Assembly (NCBI GenBank): GCA_963715885.1
Contig: CAVQSK010000029.1
Location: 18,401 to 82,400, forward strand
Origin: an uncultured Actinomycetota bacterium
GTDB taxonomy: Bacteria > Actinomycetota > Actinomycetes > Mycobacteriales > Mycobacteriaceae
DNA length: 64,000 nucleotides
Reading direction: 5' to 3'
Under the pieces are notes generated by a model. That model made no database searches and was not told where the DNA came from. It was given only the letters and a program-made list of their open reading frames with translations. Below are positions 52,142-62,887 of the stretch, one piece after another; within the stretch, counting starts at the first letter, position 1; every line of letters begins with the position of its first letter. The position numbers and the translations under genes were made by a program.

Positions 52142-52500
52142 TCACCCCTTCTCGACAACACGTGTCTTGTAGAGGCTGGCGACGACGGTGGTGATGACCA
52201 GTGTCACCACGATGACCGCCAGGCTGAACAGGGTGGGGATCTCGGGGACGTTAACGTGCTCACCGCCGTTGATGTACTCCGTGAGCCAGCCCGCGAAGAA
52301 TTCCAGCCCGTACTGCCCGCAGTGGAAGAACCAAACCCAAAGGCTGAAAGCACGGCGAGTCCTACATAGAACGACAACGCAATCGCGCATTCGCGCTTCG
52401 TCGGTTGACGGAGTCGGCGGGCGCTAAACACCACGTCGAATAGCAGGACGGCCATCGTCACACCCAAGATGACGAACCACTCGAGCTGGACCTGTGCATC
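52142..52500 (-). pseudogene. TerC-family membrane protein remnant with large internal deletion
   Basis: GQYGLEFFAGWLTEY joined directly to INGGEHVNVPEIPTLFSL. Confidence 0.72.
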
Positions 52501-52664
52501 AGGCGCGCCCGGTCGTCGCGAACGCAGGTCTCTTCCACCGCGATGGCGCGGCGCGGTCGTCCGATGACGGTCGACGTGATGACGACACCGCGGCGAAGGA
52601 ATACTCCCCTCCGCCTCCCAGTAACGACGCCGACATGCACTGCGACCGCTCGAAAGCGTGGCTG

Positions 52665-54068
52665 TTAGAAAAGTACAACGAACACCAGCCAGAGAATGAC
52701 CGGTGCAATAACGGTAACCGCCGCGGCGTAAAGCAATAGCTGTCGGAAGAATTTGGTCTTGTCTACCCCTTGGGCGTTGGCCAAAACGAGTGCGCCGTTG
52801 GTGGAGAACGGGCTGACGTCGACGATGGTCGACGACACCGCAAGCGCGGCGACGAAGCCCACCGCGCCGACCCCAGTGCCTCCTTGCAGGAACGGGACAG
52901 CGAGCGGGATGATCGATCCCAGCACAGCCGTGGATGAAGCGAAGGCCGAGACGATGGCGCCGATGATGCACAGCAGCAGCGCCGCGATCAGCGGAGACGC
53001 GAGACCTGCGACGCTGTCGCCAACGTAATCGATGGTGCCCATGGCGGTAAGCACGCCGACGTAGGTGCTGACCCCGGTGATGAGCAGGATCTCCGGCCAG
53101 GTGATCTGCCCGACGGCTCGTTTCTGCGAATGCGGTGACATCAGCGCCAGTACCAAGGCCACCGTCAGCGCAGTGAAACCGATGTCGGTGTCGAAGACCA
53201 CGGTCAACGCGGCGAAGGTGGCAAGTCCGACCAGCGTGAGGATCTGGTACGGACGCGAGTGACCGGCAGGTGTCTCGGGGGGCTCGTCGACCAGAAGGCT
53301 ATCGGCGTCACCTTGTACTTCGTGTTTCCACTCGGTGAGGGCCTGCCCCTCGGCGTCTCCATATACTCCTGCGCCGCCCTGCGGGGTGGCCACGGTGACG
53401 TGACCTGGGGGAGTCAGCGTGGGGTCGTCGCCATCGTCTGGAAGCCCATCACCGGCGCGGCGTTTCATCAATTTGCGGCCGCCCAGCACGATAAACAGAG
53501 CGATCGACACCACGAGGTTAACGGTGAAGCTGGCCAAGAAGACGATGATCTGATCGAACGGCAGACCGGCGCCCTCGACAACCTTGGCCGTGATGCCACC
53601 GTAGATGCTGATCGGGGAGAAACCACCGGCCTGCGCGCCGTGAATCACTAGCAGACCCATCATCAACGGGCTGATTTTGTACTGGAAGGCAAAACCCAAA
53701 GCGATCGGTGCAACGATGGCCACGGCGCCTGGGCTCACCGCGCCGACGGAGGTCAGGACAGCGGCAATCAAGAACATGATCCACGGGATCGCCCAGATCC
53801 GACCGCGAACAGCGCGAACGGCGAGATCAACCAGCCAGTCGATTGTCCCGTTGTTCTGCGCGATGGCGAACAGGTACGTGATGCCAACCAGGGTCAGGAA
53901 CAGCCCGCCGGGGAAGCCGTCGATGACATCGTCCGCTGCCATGTCGGCTACCAACGTGCCAACCAGGAACGCGCCGACGAACGCCAGGACACCCATGTTG
54001 ACTGGGACCAGCGTCGCCACAACGAACATGGCCACCAGCGCCAGGATCGAGATCAGCTCGGGCGACAT
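52665..54068 (-). CDS. MatC-family dicarboxylate carrier (SLC13-like permease)
   Basis: VNMGVLAF, FPGGLFLTLVGITYLFAIAQNNGTIDWL, GGFSPIS, DVSPFSTNGAL. Confidence 0.85.
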   Translation of the reverse strand: MSPELISILALVAMFVVATLVPVNMGVLAFVGAFLVGTLVADMAADDVIDGFPGGLFLTLVGITYLFAIAQNNGTIDWLVDLAVRAVRGRIWAIPWIMFLIAAVLTSVGAVSPGAVAIVAPIALGFAFQYKISPLMMGLLVIHGAQAGGFSPISIYGGITAKVVEGAGLPFDQIIVFLASFTVNLVVSIALFIVLGGRKLMKRRAGDGLPDDGDDPTLTPPGHVTVATPQGGAGVYGDAEGQALTEWKHEVQGDADSLLVDEPPETPAGHSRPYQILTLVGLATFAALTVVFDTDIGFTALTVALVLALMSPHSQKRAVGQITWPEILLITGVSTYVGVLTAMGTIDYVGDSVAGLASPLIAALLLCIIGAIVSAFASSTAVLGSIIPLAVPFLQGGTGVGAVGFVAALAVSSTIVDVSPFSTNGALVLANAQGVDKTKFFRQLLLYAAAVTVIAPVILWLVFVVLF

Positions 54069-54112
54069 AGCCACCTCCCCAGTGCCGCGGGACCTTGATC
54101 CGCGGGCCATTG

Positions 54113-54143
54113 AATCAGTAAGTTGATTGGGCTGAGTCAACTC
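54113..54143 (-). promoter_or_regulatory. Shared operator, copy 1 (GAGTTGACTC-N5-AATCAACTTACTGATT on minus strand)
   Basis: The 16-mer at 54113-54128 is the exact reverse complement of those at 58919 and 61427. Confidence 0.75.
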
Positions 54144-54202
54144 GATTCGGCGTCGGGAGTCAACGCTTTCGTCATCGGAAGCTCTTGTCTGGAGGTATTG
54201 GG

Positions 54203-55390
54203 ATGCCCGGTCCATTGGATGGCATTACGGTCGTCGATCTTTCCAGGGCGCTGGCCGGCCCGCATGCAGCGATGATGCTCGGGGACCTCGGAGCGCGGGT
54301 GATCAAGGTCGAGTCGCCGGGCACCGGCGACGACACGCGTGGGTGGGGCCCACCGTTTGTTGGGCCAGAAGATGCACGCGAGTCGACGTACTTCCTGTCC
54401 TGCAACCGTAATAAAGAGTCGATCGTCCTCGACCTGAAGAGCGATGACGGAAAGACCACCCTCACCAGGCTGATCCGGGCGTGCGATGTTCTGGTCGAGA
54501 ATTTCCGGCCCGGTGTGCTCGACCGCCTCGGGTTCCCAGCAGATCGGCTTCGCGAGCTGAACCCTCGGCTCGTTGTCCTGGCAATCTCCGGCTTCGGGCA
54601 CGACGGCCCACAGGGCGGCAGGGCGGGTTACGACCAGATCGCCCAGGGAGAGGCGGGTCTGATGAGCCTAACCGGGCCTTCTCCCGACGAACCGACCCGA
54701 ATCGGGGTCCCCATCGGCGATCTGCTGGCCGGAATGTACGGAGCGTACGGCGTGGTCGCAGCGTTGTACGAGCGCGCACAGACCGGCCACGGCGGCATCG
54801 TCCGGACCAGTTTGTTGGCCGCGATTGTCGGCGTCCATGCCTTCCAGGGCACCCGCTATACCGTGGCCGGTGAGGTTCCGCACGCCCAGGGCAACCATCA
54901 TCCGTCGCTTGCACCGTACGGCTCCTTCCGCTGCCGCGACGCGATCGTGCAGGTCGCCGTCGGCAGCGACGGCCTGTGGCAGGCATTCGCCCCGCTTGTC
55001 GGTATCGATCCGGCCGACACGCTGTTCGCCGACAACGCGGTTCGGGTCCAGCACCGGCAGGCGTTGATCGAACTGATCAACGACGCGTTCGCCGATCGTC
55101 CGGTCGTTGAACTTCTCGCCGACCTCGACAAGGCTGGCATCCCGGCGGGCGAGGTCAGAACTCTCGACCGGGTATATGAGTGGGATCAAACCCAGTCGCA
55201 GGGACTGCTGCTCGAGGTCGATCACTCGACCCTGGGGAAGATCAACCTGCCCGGACCGCCGCTCCGGTTTGACGCGCACTCCGTCACCGCCGATCACCGA
55301 CCTCCGCCCACCCTCGGGCAGCACAACGAAACAGTGCGCCATTGGCTCGACGAGCTCGAACAGCCGTCCCGAGCGGGGTCGACAGTGTGA
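54203..55390 (+). CDS. Class III CoA-transferase (CaiB/BaiF)
   Basis: DLSRALAGP, RVIKVE, GDDTR, NRNKES, ENFRPG, GYDQIAQ, PIGDLLAG. Confidence 0.92.
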   Translation: MPGPLDGITVVDLSRALAGPHAAMMLGDLGARVIKVESPGTGDDTRGWGPPFVGPEDARESTYFLSCNRNKESIVLDLKSDDGKTTLTRLIRACDVLVENFRPGVLDRLGFPADRLRELNPRLVVLAISGFGHDGPQGGRAGYDQIAQGEAGLMSLTGPSPDEPTRIGVPIGDLLAGMYGAYGVVAALYERAQTGHGGIVRTSLLAAIVGVHAFQGTRYTVAGEVPHAQGNHHPSLAPYGSFRCRDAIVQVAVGSDGLWQAFAPLVGIDPADTLFADNAVRVQHRQALIELINDAFADRPVVELLADLDKAGIPAGEVRTLDRVYEWDQTQSQGLLLEVDHSTLGKINLPGPPLRFDAHSVTADHRPPPTLGQHNETVRHWLDELEQPSRAGSTV

Positions 55391-56877
55391 GTGACCGCCT
55401 GAGCGCCGAGGAGTTGATTGAACTTGTACTTGATCCAGGCTCGTTTGAGCGTTGGGACGAGCCGGTGGTCCCAACGCCTGGCCTGGATCCGGGCTATGAA
55501 GCGGAGCTGACGCGCGCCCGAACGAAGACAGGGTTGGACGAGGCTGTGGTGACCGGTGAGGGCCGCATCGCCGGTCGGCGGATCGCGCTAATCGCCTGTG
55601 AGTTCGGCTTTCTTGCAGGTTCCATCGGTGTCGCCGCCGCCCAGCGTCTTGTCCGGGCGATCGTACGAGCCACCGAGGAACGCCTTCCGCTACTGGCAGC
55701 GCCCACCTCCGGGGGAACACGGATGCAGGAGGGAACAATCGCATTCGTCCAGATGGTGAAGATCAGCATCGCGGTCGTTCGACACCGCTCCGCCGGATTG
55801 CCCTACCTGGTGTATATCCGGAACCCCACCACCGGTGGGGTCTTCGCGTCATGGGGCTCACTGGGTCATGTCACCGTCGCCGAGCCAGGTGCTTTGATCG
55901 GCTTCCTCGGTCCCAGAGTCTACGAGGCGTTGCACGGTGAAGCATTCCCGGTCGGCGTCCAGGTCGCCGAAAACCTGTTGGAACAAGGGGTCATTGATGC
56001 CGTTATCCCGGCCGGTCAGCTGGCCGCGGTGGCCGAGCGAGCGTTGGACGTCCTCGACTACCACCGCACCACGATTCGACCGTTACCTGAGATCGAAGAC
56101 GAACCGGTCTCTGATGTCCCGGCGTGGGATTCGATCCAGCGATCCCGGCAGTCAGGTCGGCCGGGGATCAGGGAATTGATGGAGTATGCCGGCACCAAAA
56201 TCACCCCATTGGAAGGCACTGGCGCGGGCGAGATGGAGCCCGGCTTGTACTGCGCACTGGTCAAGTTCGGACAAGCGCCATGCGTCGTCCTCGGCCACGA
56301 CCGGCAAGCCGAAGAACTCGGCCCGATGGGCCCGGCCGGTCTTCGAGAGGCCAGGCGAGGATTCGCGCTAGCCAGAGAGCTCGGACTTCCGGTGGTGACT
56401 GTGATAGATACCGCTGGTCTGGCACTGTCCAAGGAGGCCGAAGAAGGTGGACTCGCCGGCGAGATCGCCCGCTGTCTGGGCGAATTGGTGATGCTGCCCG
56501 CACCGACGGTCTGCCTGATATTGGGCCAAGGATCCGGCGGTGGCGCCTTGGCCTTGCTGCCAGCGGACCGTGTGATCAGCACTCAACACGGTTGGTTGTC
56601 TCCGCTACCTCCCGAAGGGGCTTCCGCGATCATGTACCGAACCACCGATCGAGCGCCCGAGATCGCCCAGAGCCAGGGCGTTCGATCGCTCGATCTCCTG
56701 CGTGACGGGATCGTTGATCGAGTCATTGCTGAGGAGCCCGACGCCACCCAAGCGCCAGAAGAATTGATGCGGAGGCTTGGGCGTGTCCTCGAACAAGAGA
56801 TATCAGCTTTGCTTTTGACCGACCCGGACAAGCGCTTGGCGGACCGGCTGGACCGGTATCACCGTCTGGGGGTCTAG
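55387..56877 (+). CDS. Fused beta/alpha acyl-CoA carboxyltransferase (AccD3-like)
   Basis: FGFLAGSIG, SGGTRMQEG, PTTGGVFASW, GFLGPRV, VIDTAG, GQGSGGGA; no biotin carboxylase or carrier gene nearby. Confidence 0.88.
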   Translation: MSDRLSAEELIELVLDPGSFERWDEPVVPTPGLDPGYEAELTRARTKTGLDEAVVTGEGRIAGRRIALIACEFGFLAGSIGVAAAQRLVRAIVRATEERLPLLAAPTSGGTRMQEGTIAFVQMVKISIAVVRHRSAGLPYLVYIRNPTTGGVFASWGSLGHVTVAEPGALIGFLGPRVYEALHGEAFPVGVQVAENLLEQGVIDAVIPAGQLAAVAERALDVLDYHRTTIRPLPEIEDEPVSDVPAWDSIQRSRQSGRPGIRELMEYAGTKITPLEGTGAGEMEPGLYCALVKFGQAPCVVLGHDRQAEELGPMGPAGLREARRGFALARELGLPVVTVIDTAGLALSKEAEEGGLAGEIARCLGELVMLPAPTVCLILGQGSGGGALALLPADRVISTQHGWLSPLPPEGASAIMYRTTDRAPEIAQSQGVRSLDLLRDGIVDRVIAEEPDATQAPEELMRRLGRVLEQEISALLLTDPDKRLADRLDRYHRLGV

Positions 56878-57108
56878 GTGACAGGGCGGACAAAGTGCGA
56901 CCTCGATGACATTGGCCCGCAGCAGCAAATGGATGCATGAGCTGGTGTCACATGAGGGGTTGACGTCCCTGGCCAGCATCGGCGCGACCATCGTCCTCGA
57001 CCGGTGGAGGTTGGCCGACTGTGTGGTGCTGCGCTCATGGTCGCCCACGCTCGCCCGCCAGATCGGGGCTGCGGCACCATCCCCGGGTAGATTGGGATGA
57101 ACGAATAG

Positions 57109-57945
57109 GTGCCCGCATATGGCGCTAGGTCTTCACGCCCGAACGGACGATCCATGATGAGAACTAGGGTTACGTCTGGCACCCCAGACGACGGCGACCC
57201 CAACTCGGTTGTCGATCGGCCGCTGCGATCGGGGCCCCCGAAAGCAGCCCAACTCATCGTCGCTGATCTACGTCGGCAAATCATTAGGGGGGACCTGCGC
57301 GGTGATGACTCACTTCCCTCTGAGAACGAATTGATGCGGCTCTATGGCGTGTCTCGTCCCACGCTGCGCGAGGCGCTGCGTGTGCTTGAATTCGAAGGAT
57401 TGCTGACAGTGCGACGCGGAGCCAGGGGGGGTTCCACGGTCCATGTCCCCACTGGGGAGGCGGCGGCGCGTTCGATGGCGCTCGTGTTGGAGCACCGCGG
57501 CGCAACTCTTGCCGATGTGGTCGAGGCCCGATCGGCCATCGAACCTGCCTGCGCCAGATTGGTCGCCGAGCGCGGCAAGAAGGCGCATCTGCTCCGCTTG
57601 AAGCAGGACCTCGCATCCAGTGCCAACGGGGGTTCGGATAGTACGCAATCCAGCGGCTTCCACGAACTACTCGTTGACCTCGCTGGCAACCAAACCCTGA
57701 CGCTGATGTATGGGATGCTTCGTCTTGTCCTGAACGAGTCCACCACGGGCGTGCAGCTCGTCGAGTGCACGGACACCCGCAATCTGACCGGGCGACGACG
57801 GGCGCACGACGCCCACCAGCATCTGGTCGATCTGATCGAGAGGAAGGACGGCGATCAGGCCGAGGGATTTTGGGCTGAGCATCTTCGCGGGGGCTATCTC
57901 GCCCGTAAACCGCCGGGCGCAACGCCTTTGAATTTCAGTGCATGA
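57109..57945 (+). CDS. FadR/GntR-family regulator (start uncertain)
   Basis: LPSENELMRLYGVSRPTLREALRVL, FHELL..AGNQTL, HQHLVDLI. Confidence 0.88.
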   Translation: MPAYGARSSRPNGRSMMRTRVTSGTPDDGDPNSVVDRPLRSGPPKAAQLIVADLRRQIIRGDLRGDDSLPSENELMRLYGVSRPTLREALRVLEFEGLLTVRRGARGGSTVHVPTGEAAARSMALVLEHRGATLADVVEARSAIEPACARLVAERGKKAHLLRLKQDLASSANGGSDSTQSSGFHELLVDLAGNQTLTLMYGMLRLVLNESTTGVQLVECTDTRNLTGRRRAHDAHQHLVDLIERKDGDQAEGFWAEHLRGGYLARKPPGATPLNFSA

Positions 57946-57959
57946 GATCGCCGGGTTCG

Positions 57960-58450
57960 GCCGTTCTGGCCGCGGTGAGTATGGGGTCGTGGCTCTGATC
58001 GGACATCAGTGCATAGATGCCGTCCGCGCGGTGGTGGGCCGACCGTACGGCCTCGTTCCCGTAGCCCCTGACAAGGTCGACGATCTCTCGGGGGGGTGGG
58101 GAAGTGTCCGGTGGCCTGGAGGCGGTAGGAGTGCGATTCCAGGCAGGAAGCCATCGAGCCGTTCATGCAGGAGTGCGGATAGATAGATCAGCGCCGGATT
58201 GCCGAATATCGCGAAGGTCGCTGTGTGAAAGGACATTTCGCGTTGGATGAGCTGCTCGATGGTCAGCGTAGGGATGGGTTCCATGTCGGCGCAGACCTGC
58301 AGTGCACCGATGCGGTCGTTTATGGGAGGTTTGGCCAGCGCCCACAAGCGCGGAATGGAGCGCTGCGTTCGCTTGAAACCGTTCGGCGGTCGTCGCCCGA
58401 GGGTCGGGCAGCGCCGTTCGGTGGGAGCGGGGCGATCGTTCACGGCTTTG
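57960..58450 (-). pseudogene. Possible decayed GntR FCD-domain remnant
   Basis: EMSFHTATFAIFGNPAL and EIVDLV fragments in different frames. Confidence 0.35.
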
Positions 58451-58661
58451 CTTCATAACAGGTCGATCCTCCGGTTGACAGGTAGGTGTCGAAAACCAGA
58501 GGTCTTGTCTGCCCTGTGGGCCGAGGGCGCCGGGTGCCTGCACTGTGCAATCGAACCGTGATGATGACGCCGACGCGGGGGACTACTCCCCTCCATGTAG
58601 TAGAAACTGTCCTGGAGAACGACACCGATGGCCAGATGACGTGCGTCACACTGACCTGTTT

Positions 58662-58937
58662 GTCCCATGCTCGCTGCCGCACTGACCGCACACCCCGGCG
58701 GCTCTTTCGGGGTGAGGACCCCGACTTGCGAGTGGGAGTTTTGCCCACCACCTAACGCACGACGATCGAAAGACGAACCCAATTCGTTGGGTCCCGGAAG
58801 TTGGGTCGCCACCTGTTGTGCGCGGACGACCCCACGCCTAAACGATCGACGCGCGGTACCGACAAGTCTTGATCGCCGAAGCATTGACTGATCCGGATCA
58901 CCCGAGTTCACTTAACGCAATCAACTTACTGATTAAT
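58662..58937 (+). repeat. ~270-bp duplicated upstream region, copy A (before gltA)
   Basis: Collinear with 61185-61445 from GTCCCATGCTCGCTGC to AATCAACTTACTGATTAAT, with scattered substitutions and indels. Confidence 0.9.
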
Positions 58938-59031
58938 GCGGAACGCCTAGCGCCTACCTTCCGTTACCGGACGACGGCTCGATCCGTGGAGCGAAGTCCC
59001 CGGGTTGACTCAACGAGATGGAGCGAACGAG

Positions 59032-60456
59032 ATGTCCAAGGTCACACACATCGTCCCACCAGCGGGTACACCCACCGAAGGCGAGCCCGACCCAACGGCG
59101 GATAAGCCCTCCACCTCCGAAACATCGAGGATGCCGACGTCCGACCAGATTTCGGGGCCGGACCCTTCAGGGGCACAGCGTGCCGTCATCCACTACGGTG
59201 ACGGAGAACTCGAACTGAAAGTTGTCCCAGCGACAGAAGGCGCCCCCGGCGTCGAAATATCCAAACTGCTGACGACACTGGGGGTCATCACGCTCGATCC
59301 CGGGTTCACCAACACCGGCTCGACCACCTCGGCCATCACCTACATTGACGGCGATGCCGGCATCCTGCGCTACCGCGGGTACCCAATCGAACAGCTCGCT
59401 CAGTCATCCAGCTTCCTGGAAACCAGTTACCTCCTGATTTACGGCGAACTGCCGACCAGCCCCGACCTGGAGGCCTTTACCAACCGGATCAGCCGGCACA
59501 CGATGCTGCACGAAGACCTCAAACGGTTCTTCGACGGGTTCCCGCGCAACGCCCACCCGATGCCTGTCCTGTCGAGCGCGGTCGGCGCGCTGTCCACCTT
59601 CTACCAGGACTCGCTGGATCCGTTTAACCCCGAACAGGTGGACCTGTCCACCATCCGGTTGCTGGCGAAACTGCCCACCATCGCTGCCTACGCCTACAAG
59701 AAGTCGGTCGGCCAGCCCCTGCTGTACCCAGACAACTCGCTCAGTCTGGTCGAGAATTTCCTCCGGATGTCGTTCGGGTTCCCGGCCGAGCCCTACGAGG
59801 TCAATCCGAAGTTGGCCAAGGCCCTCGATCAGCTGCTGATATTGCACGCTGACCACGAACAAAACTGTTCGACATCCACAGTGCGACTTGCGGGGTCGTC
59901 AAATGCGAACCTGTTCGCGTCGATCTCCGCCGGGATCAACGCCCTGTTCGGACCCTTGCATGGCGGGGCGAACCAAGCGGTGCTGGAGATGCTCGAGTCC
60001 ATCCGTCGCGGCGGTGGCACCGTCAACGAGTTTGTCCAAAAAGTCAAGAACCAAGAGCCCGGCGTCAAGCTGATGGGCTTCGGCCATCGTGTCTACAAAA
60101 ACTACGACCCACGTGCGGCGCTGGTCAAAACAACAGCGCACGAGGTGCTCGACGACCTCGGCGGCGACGACGAACTGCTTGACCTCGCCCAACAATTGGA
60201 GGAAGTCGCCTTGGCGGACGAGTACTTCATCACCCGCAACCTCTATCCCAATGTGGATTTTTACACCGGGCTGATCTATAAGGCCATGGGGTTCCCCACC
60301 CCGATGTTCACGGTGCTGTTCGCGTTGGGTCGCCTACCCGGCTGGATCGCCCAGTGGCGAGAAATGATCAACGACCCGGCCACCAAGATCGGCCGACCGC
60401 GGCAGGTTTACACCGGGTACACCGAGCGCGACTACATCCCCACAGCAGATCGCTAG
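59032..60456 (+). CDS. gltA: Citrate synthase (GltA2-type; start could be later)
   Basis: DPGFTNTGS, AHPMPVL, HADHEQNCST, GPLHGGAN, MGFGHRVYK, YPNVDFY. Confidence 0.95.
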   Translation: MSKVTHIVPPAGTPTEGEPDPTADKPSTSETSRMPTSDQISGPDPSGAQRAVIHYGDGELELKVVPATEGAPGVEISKLLTTLGVITLDPGFTNTGSTTSAITYIDGDAGILRYRGYPIEQLAQSSSFLETSYLLIYGELPTSPDLEAFTNRISRHTMLHEDLKRFFDGFPRNAHPMPVLSSAVGALSTFYQDSLDPFNPEQVDLSTIRLLAKLPTIAAYAYKKSVGQPLLYPDNSLSLVENFLRMSFGFPAEPYEVNPKLAKALDQLLILHADHEQNCSTSTVRLAGSSNANLFASISAGINALFGPLHGGANQAVLEMLESIRRGGGTVNEFVQKVKNQEPGVKLMGFGHRVYKNYDPRAALVKTTAHEVLDDLGGDDELLDLAQQLEEVALADEYFITRNLYPNVDFYTGLIYKAMGFPTPMFTVLFALGRLPGWIAQWREMINDPATKIGRPRQVYTGYTERDYIPTADR

Positions 60457-60576
60457 CCTTCAGCGCCGACAGACGTCGATCACTGCTGAGACCGCTATGA
60501 TGCCTGCCTACGCAGCGGGACATCGCGATTGCAGACGGCATAGCGTGACGGATACCGAGGTTCGGTGGGTCGCAGA

Positions 60577-61153
60577 ATGAATCGATTCCATCGGGCGCTA
60601 TTGCGCCAGCGCGAAGTGGGAGAAACTGATGCTGGAAAGCCTCCTGCCGGACGCTCTGGGCGGGGTCTCCCTCGGAGACAGCGTGCTGGAGCTAGGACCA
60701 GGGCCTGGCCTGACTACCCTGGCCTGGCACACATCTCCGCGGGTCACGGCCGTCGAGATCGACGGGAAACTAGCACAGATGGCGCGGGAACGGACGCGCT
60801 CGTTGGGGCAACGTCGAGGTGGTCGAAGGGGATGCGACTGCGCTGCCATTCGATGACGCGCGGTTCGCTCTGTCGTCTGCATGACTATGCTGCACCATCT
60901 GCATCACGCGGCGGCGCAAGATCGGCTGTTGGCCGAGGCGCGTCGCGTACTGCTGCCGGGTGGAGTGTTATGCGGGTCGGACAATCTCGGACAACGGGGA
61001 TCAGGTTTCCGGTTGATCCACCTCGGTGACAGTCGGACAGTTGTCGACCCGGAGACGCTTCCGGCCCGGCTGACGAGCGCCGGGTTCGATCGTGTCGATG
61101 TTAGGACTGGTTCGCGCTTGGCCTTTCACGAATACACCAGCAAGACTGTCTGA
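60577..61153 (+). pseudogene. Class I SAM methyltransferase with three frameshifts
   Basis: VLELGPGPG, TAVEID, GDATALPF, MLHHL; shifts near 60595, 60805 and 60867. Confidence 0.75.
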
Positions 61154-61184
61154 CCGATTAACGGCGAGAATAGAGCGACGAGTC

Positions 61185-61445
61185 GTCCCATGCTCGCTGC
61201 TGCGCTGACCGCGCACCCCTGCGGCTCTTTTGAGCGCCCGACATGCGAGTGGGGTTTTGCCCACCTAACGCACGACGATCGACGAACCCATTCCTTGATC
61301 CCGGAAGTTGGATCGCCACCTGTTGTGCGGGGACGGCCCCACGTCTAGACGATCGACGCGCGGTACCGACAAGGTCTTGACCCCAGAAGCATTGACTGAT
61401 CCGGATCACGCGAGTTGACTCGACACAATCAACTTACTGATTAAT
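61185..61445 (+). repeat. ~260-bp duplicated upstream region, copy B (before sucC)
   Basis: Collinear with 58662-58937. Confidence 0.9.
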
Positions 61446-61714
61446 AGGCTGTGCGGATCGCCCACCTTAAGGAGGTCTTGATGTCCAGTGACCTGACATG
61501 ACTTGTCGAGCTACGCAAGGTCAGTGGGGCGGCATGCCGGCAATCTGCCCCACGATGTCGAGAAGATCGCCGCAAGCATGGCCCAACACCCCTCACGGTG
61601 AGTTGACAAGCCGGGCCCGCAGAAATCCAGCGATCTGGCGGACCCAGACCCGGGACAAGACCGCCATAGCTGGGGACAACTGCACGGATCGCCACCGCCA
61701 AGTTAGGAGAACAC

Positions 61715-62884
61715 GTGGATCTGTACGAGTACCAGGCCAAGGAACTGTTCGCCGCGCACGGCGTCCCGGCTCCTGCCGGCATCGTCGCCCGCACCGTCGA
61801 CGAAGCGGTTGAGGCCGCGACCCGGTTGGGCACCCCCGTGATGGTGAAATCACAAGTCAAGATGGGTGGCCGCGGCAAGGCCGGCGGGGTGAAGTTCGCC
61901 AAGACGATCGATGATGTCCGTTCGCATGCCGACAACATCCTCGGTCTGGACATCAAAGGTCATATCACCCGGCAGATCCTGATCACCCCGGCCAGCGACA
62001 TCGCCGAGGAGTACTACGTCTCGTTCCTGCTGGACCGCTCCAACCGCACCTTCCTAGCGATGGCCACCCGCGAGGGCGGCATGGACATAGAGCAACTCGC
62101 CGAGGAACGCCCGGAGGCGCTGGCCAAGATCCCGGTCAGCGCACTTACCGGGATGGACGCCGCCAAGGCCGCCGAGATTGCCGACGCCGGCAAGTTCCCC
62201 GACGAGGTTCGTGAACAGATCATCGCCATCCTGGTCGGGCTCTGGGACGCATTCGTCTCGGAGGACGCCACCCTGGTCGAGGTCAACCCTCTGGTGAAGA
62301 TCAAGGACGGCACCGTGGTCGCGCTGGACGGCAAGGTCTCCCTCGACGAGAACGCCGACTTCCGTCACCCGGACCACGCAGCCCTCGCGGACAGCTCCGC
62401 GGAGAACCCGCTCGAGGTGGAGGCGAAGGAAAAGGGCTTGAACTACGTGAAACTCGACGGCCAGATCGGGGTCATCGGCAACGGTGCGGGCCTGGTGATG
62501 TCGACCCTGGACGTGGTGGCTTACGCCGGGGAATCGCACGGTGGGTTGACCCCGGCGAACTTCCTGGACATCGGGGGCGGCGCGAGCGCCGAGGTGATGG
62601 CCAACGGCCTGCACATCATCCTGTCCGATCCCGATGTCAAGGCGGTGTTTGTCAACGTGTTCGGCGGGATCACGGCGTGTGATGCGGTGGCGAACGGCAT
62701 CGTTGGTGCGCTGGAGATGCTGGGCGACGAGGCCACCAAGCCGCTCGTGGTCCGTCTCGACGGGAACAACGTCGAGGAGGGTCGGCGCATCCTGAACGAG
62801 GCTGCGCACCCACTGGTGACGCAGGCCGAGACCATGGACAAGGGCGCCGACAAGGCCGCCGAGCTTGCGAATGCTGGAGTCTGA
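61715..62884 (+). CDS. sucC: Succinate-CoA ligase beta subunit
   Basis: [47 protein letters not shown]. Confidence 0.95.
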   Translation: MDLYEYQAKELFAAHGVPAPAGIVARTVDEAVEAATRLGTPVMVKSQVKMGGRGKAGGVKFAKTIDDVRSHADNILGLDIKGHITRQILITPASDIAEEYYVSFLLDRSNRTFLAMATREGGMDIEQLAEERPEALAKIPVSALTGMDAAKAAEIADAGKFPDEVREQIIAILVGLWDAFVSEDATLVEVNPLVKIKDGTVVALDGKVSLDENADFRHPDHAALADSSAENPLEVEAKEKGLNYVKLDGQIGVIGNGAGLVMSTLDVVAYAGESHGGLTPANFLDIGGGASAEVMANGLHIILSDPDVKAVFVNVFGGITACDAVANGIVGALEMLGDEATKPLVVRLDGNNVEEGRRILNEAAHPLVTQAETMDKGADKAAELANAGV

Positions 62885-62887
62885 ACA

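Noticed and set aside
58777-58792. ACCCAA-TTCG-TTGGGT hairpin as evidence for a conserved RNA structure
   Set aside because: The stem is not preserved in the second repeat copy
61462-61476. CACCTTAAGGAGGT as a fifth response-regulator box
   Set aside because: Single, partial match with no 23-bp partner; explicable as an RBS-like sequence
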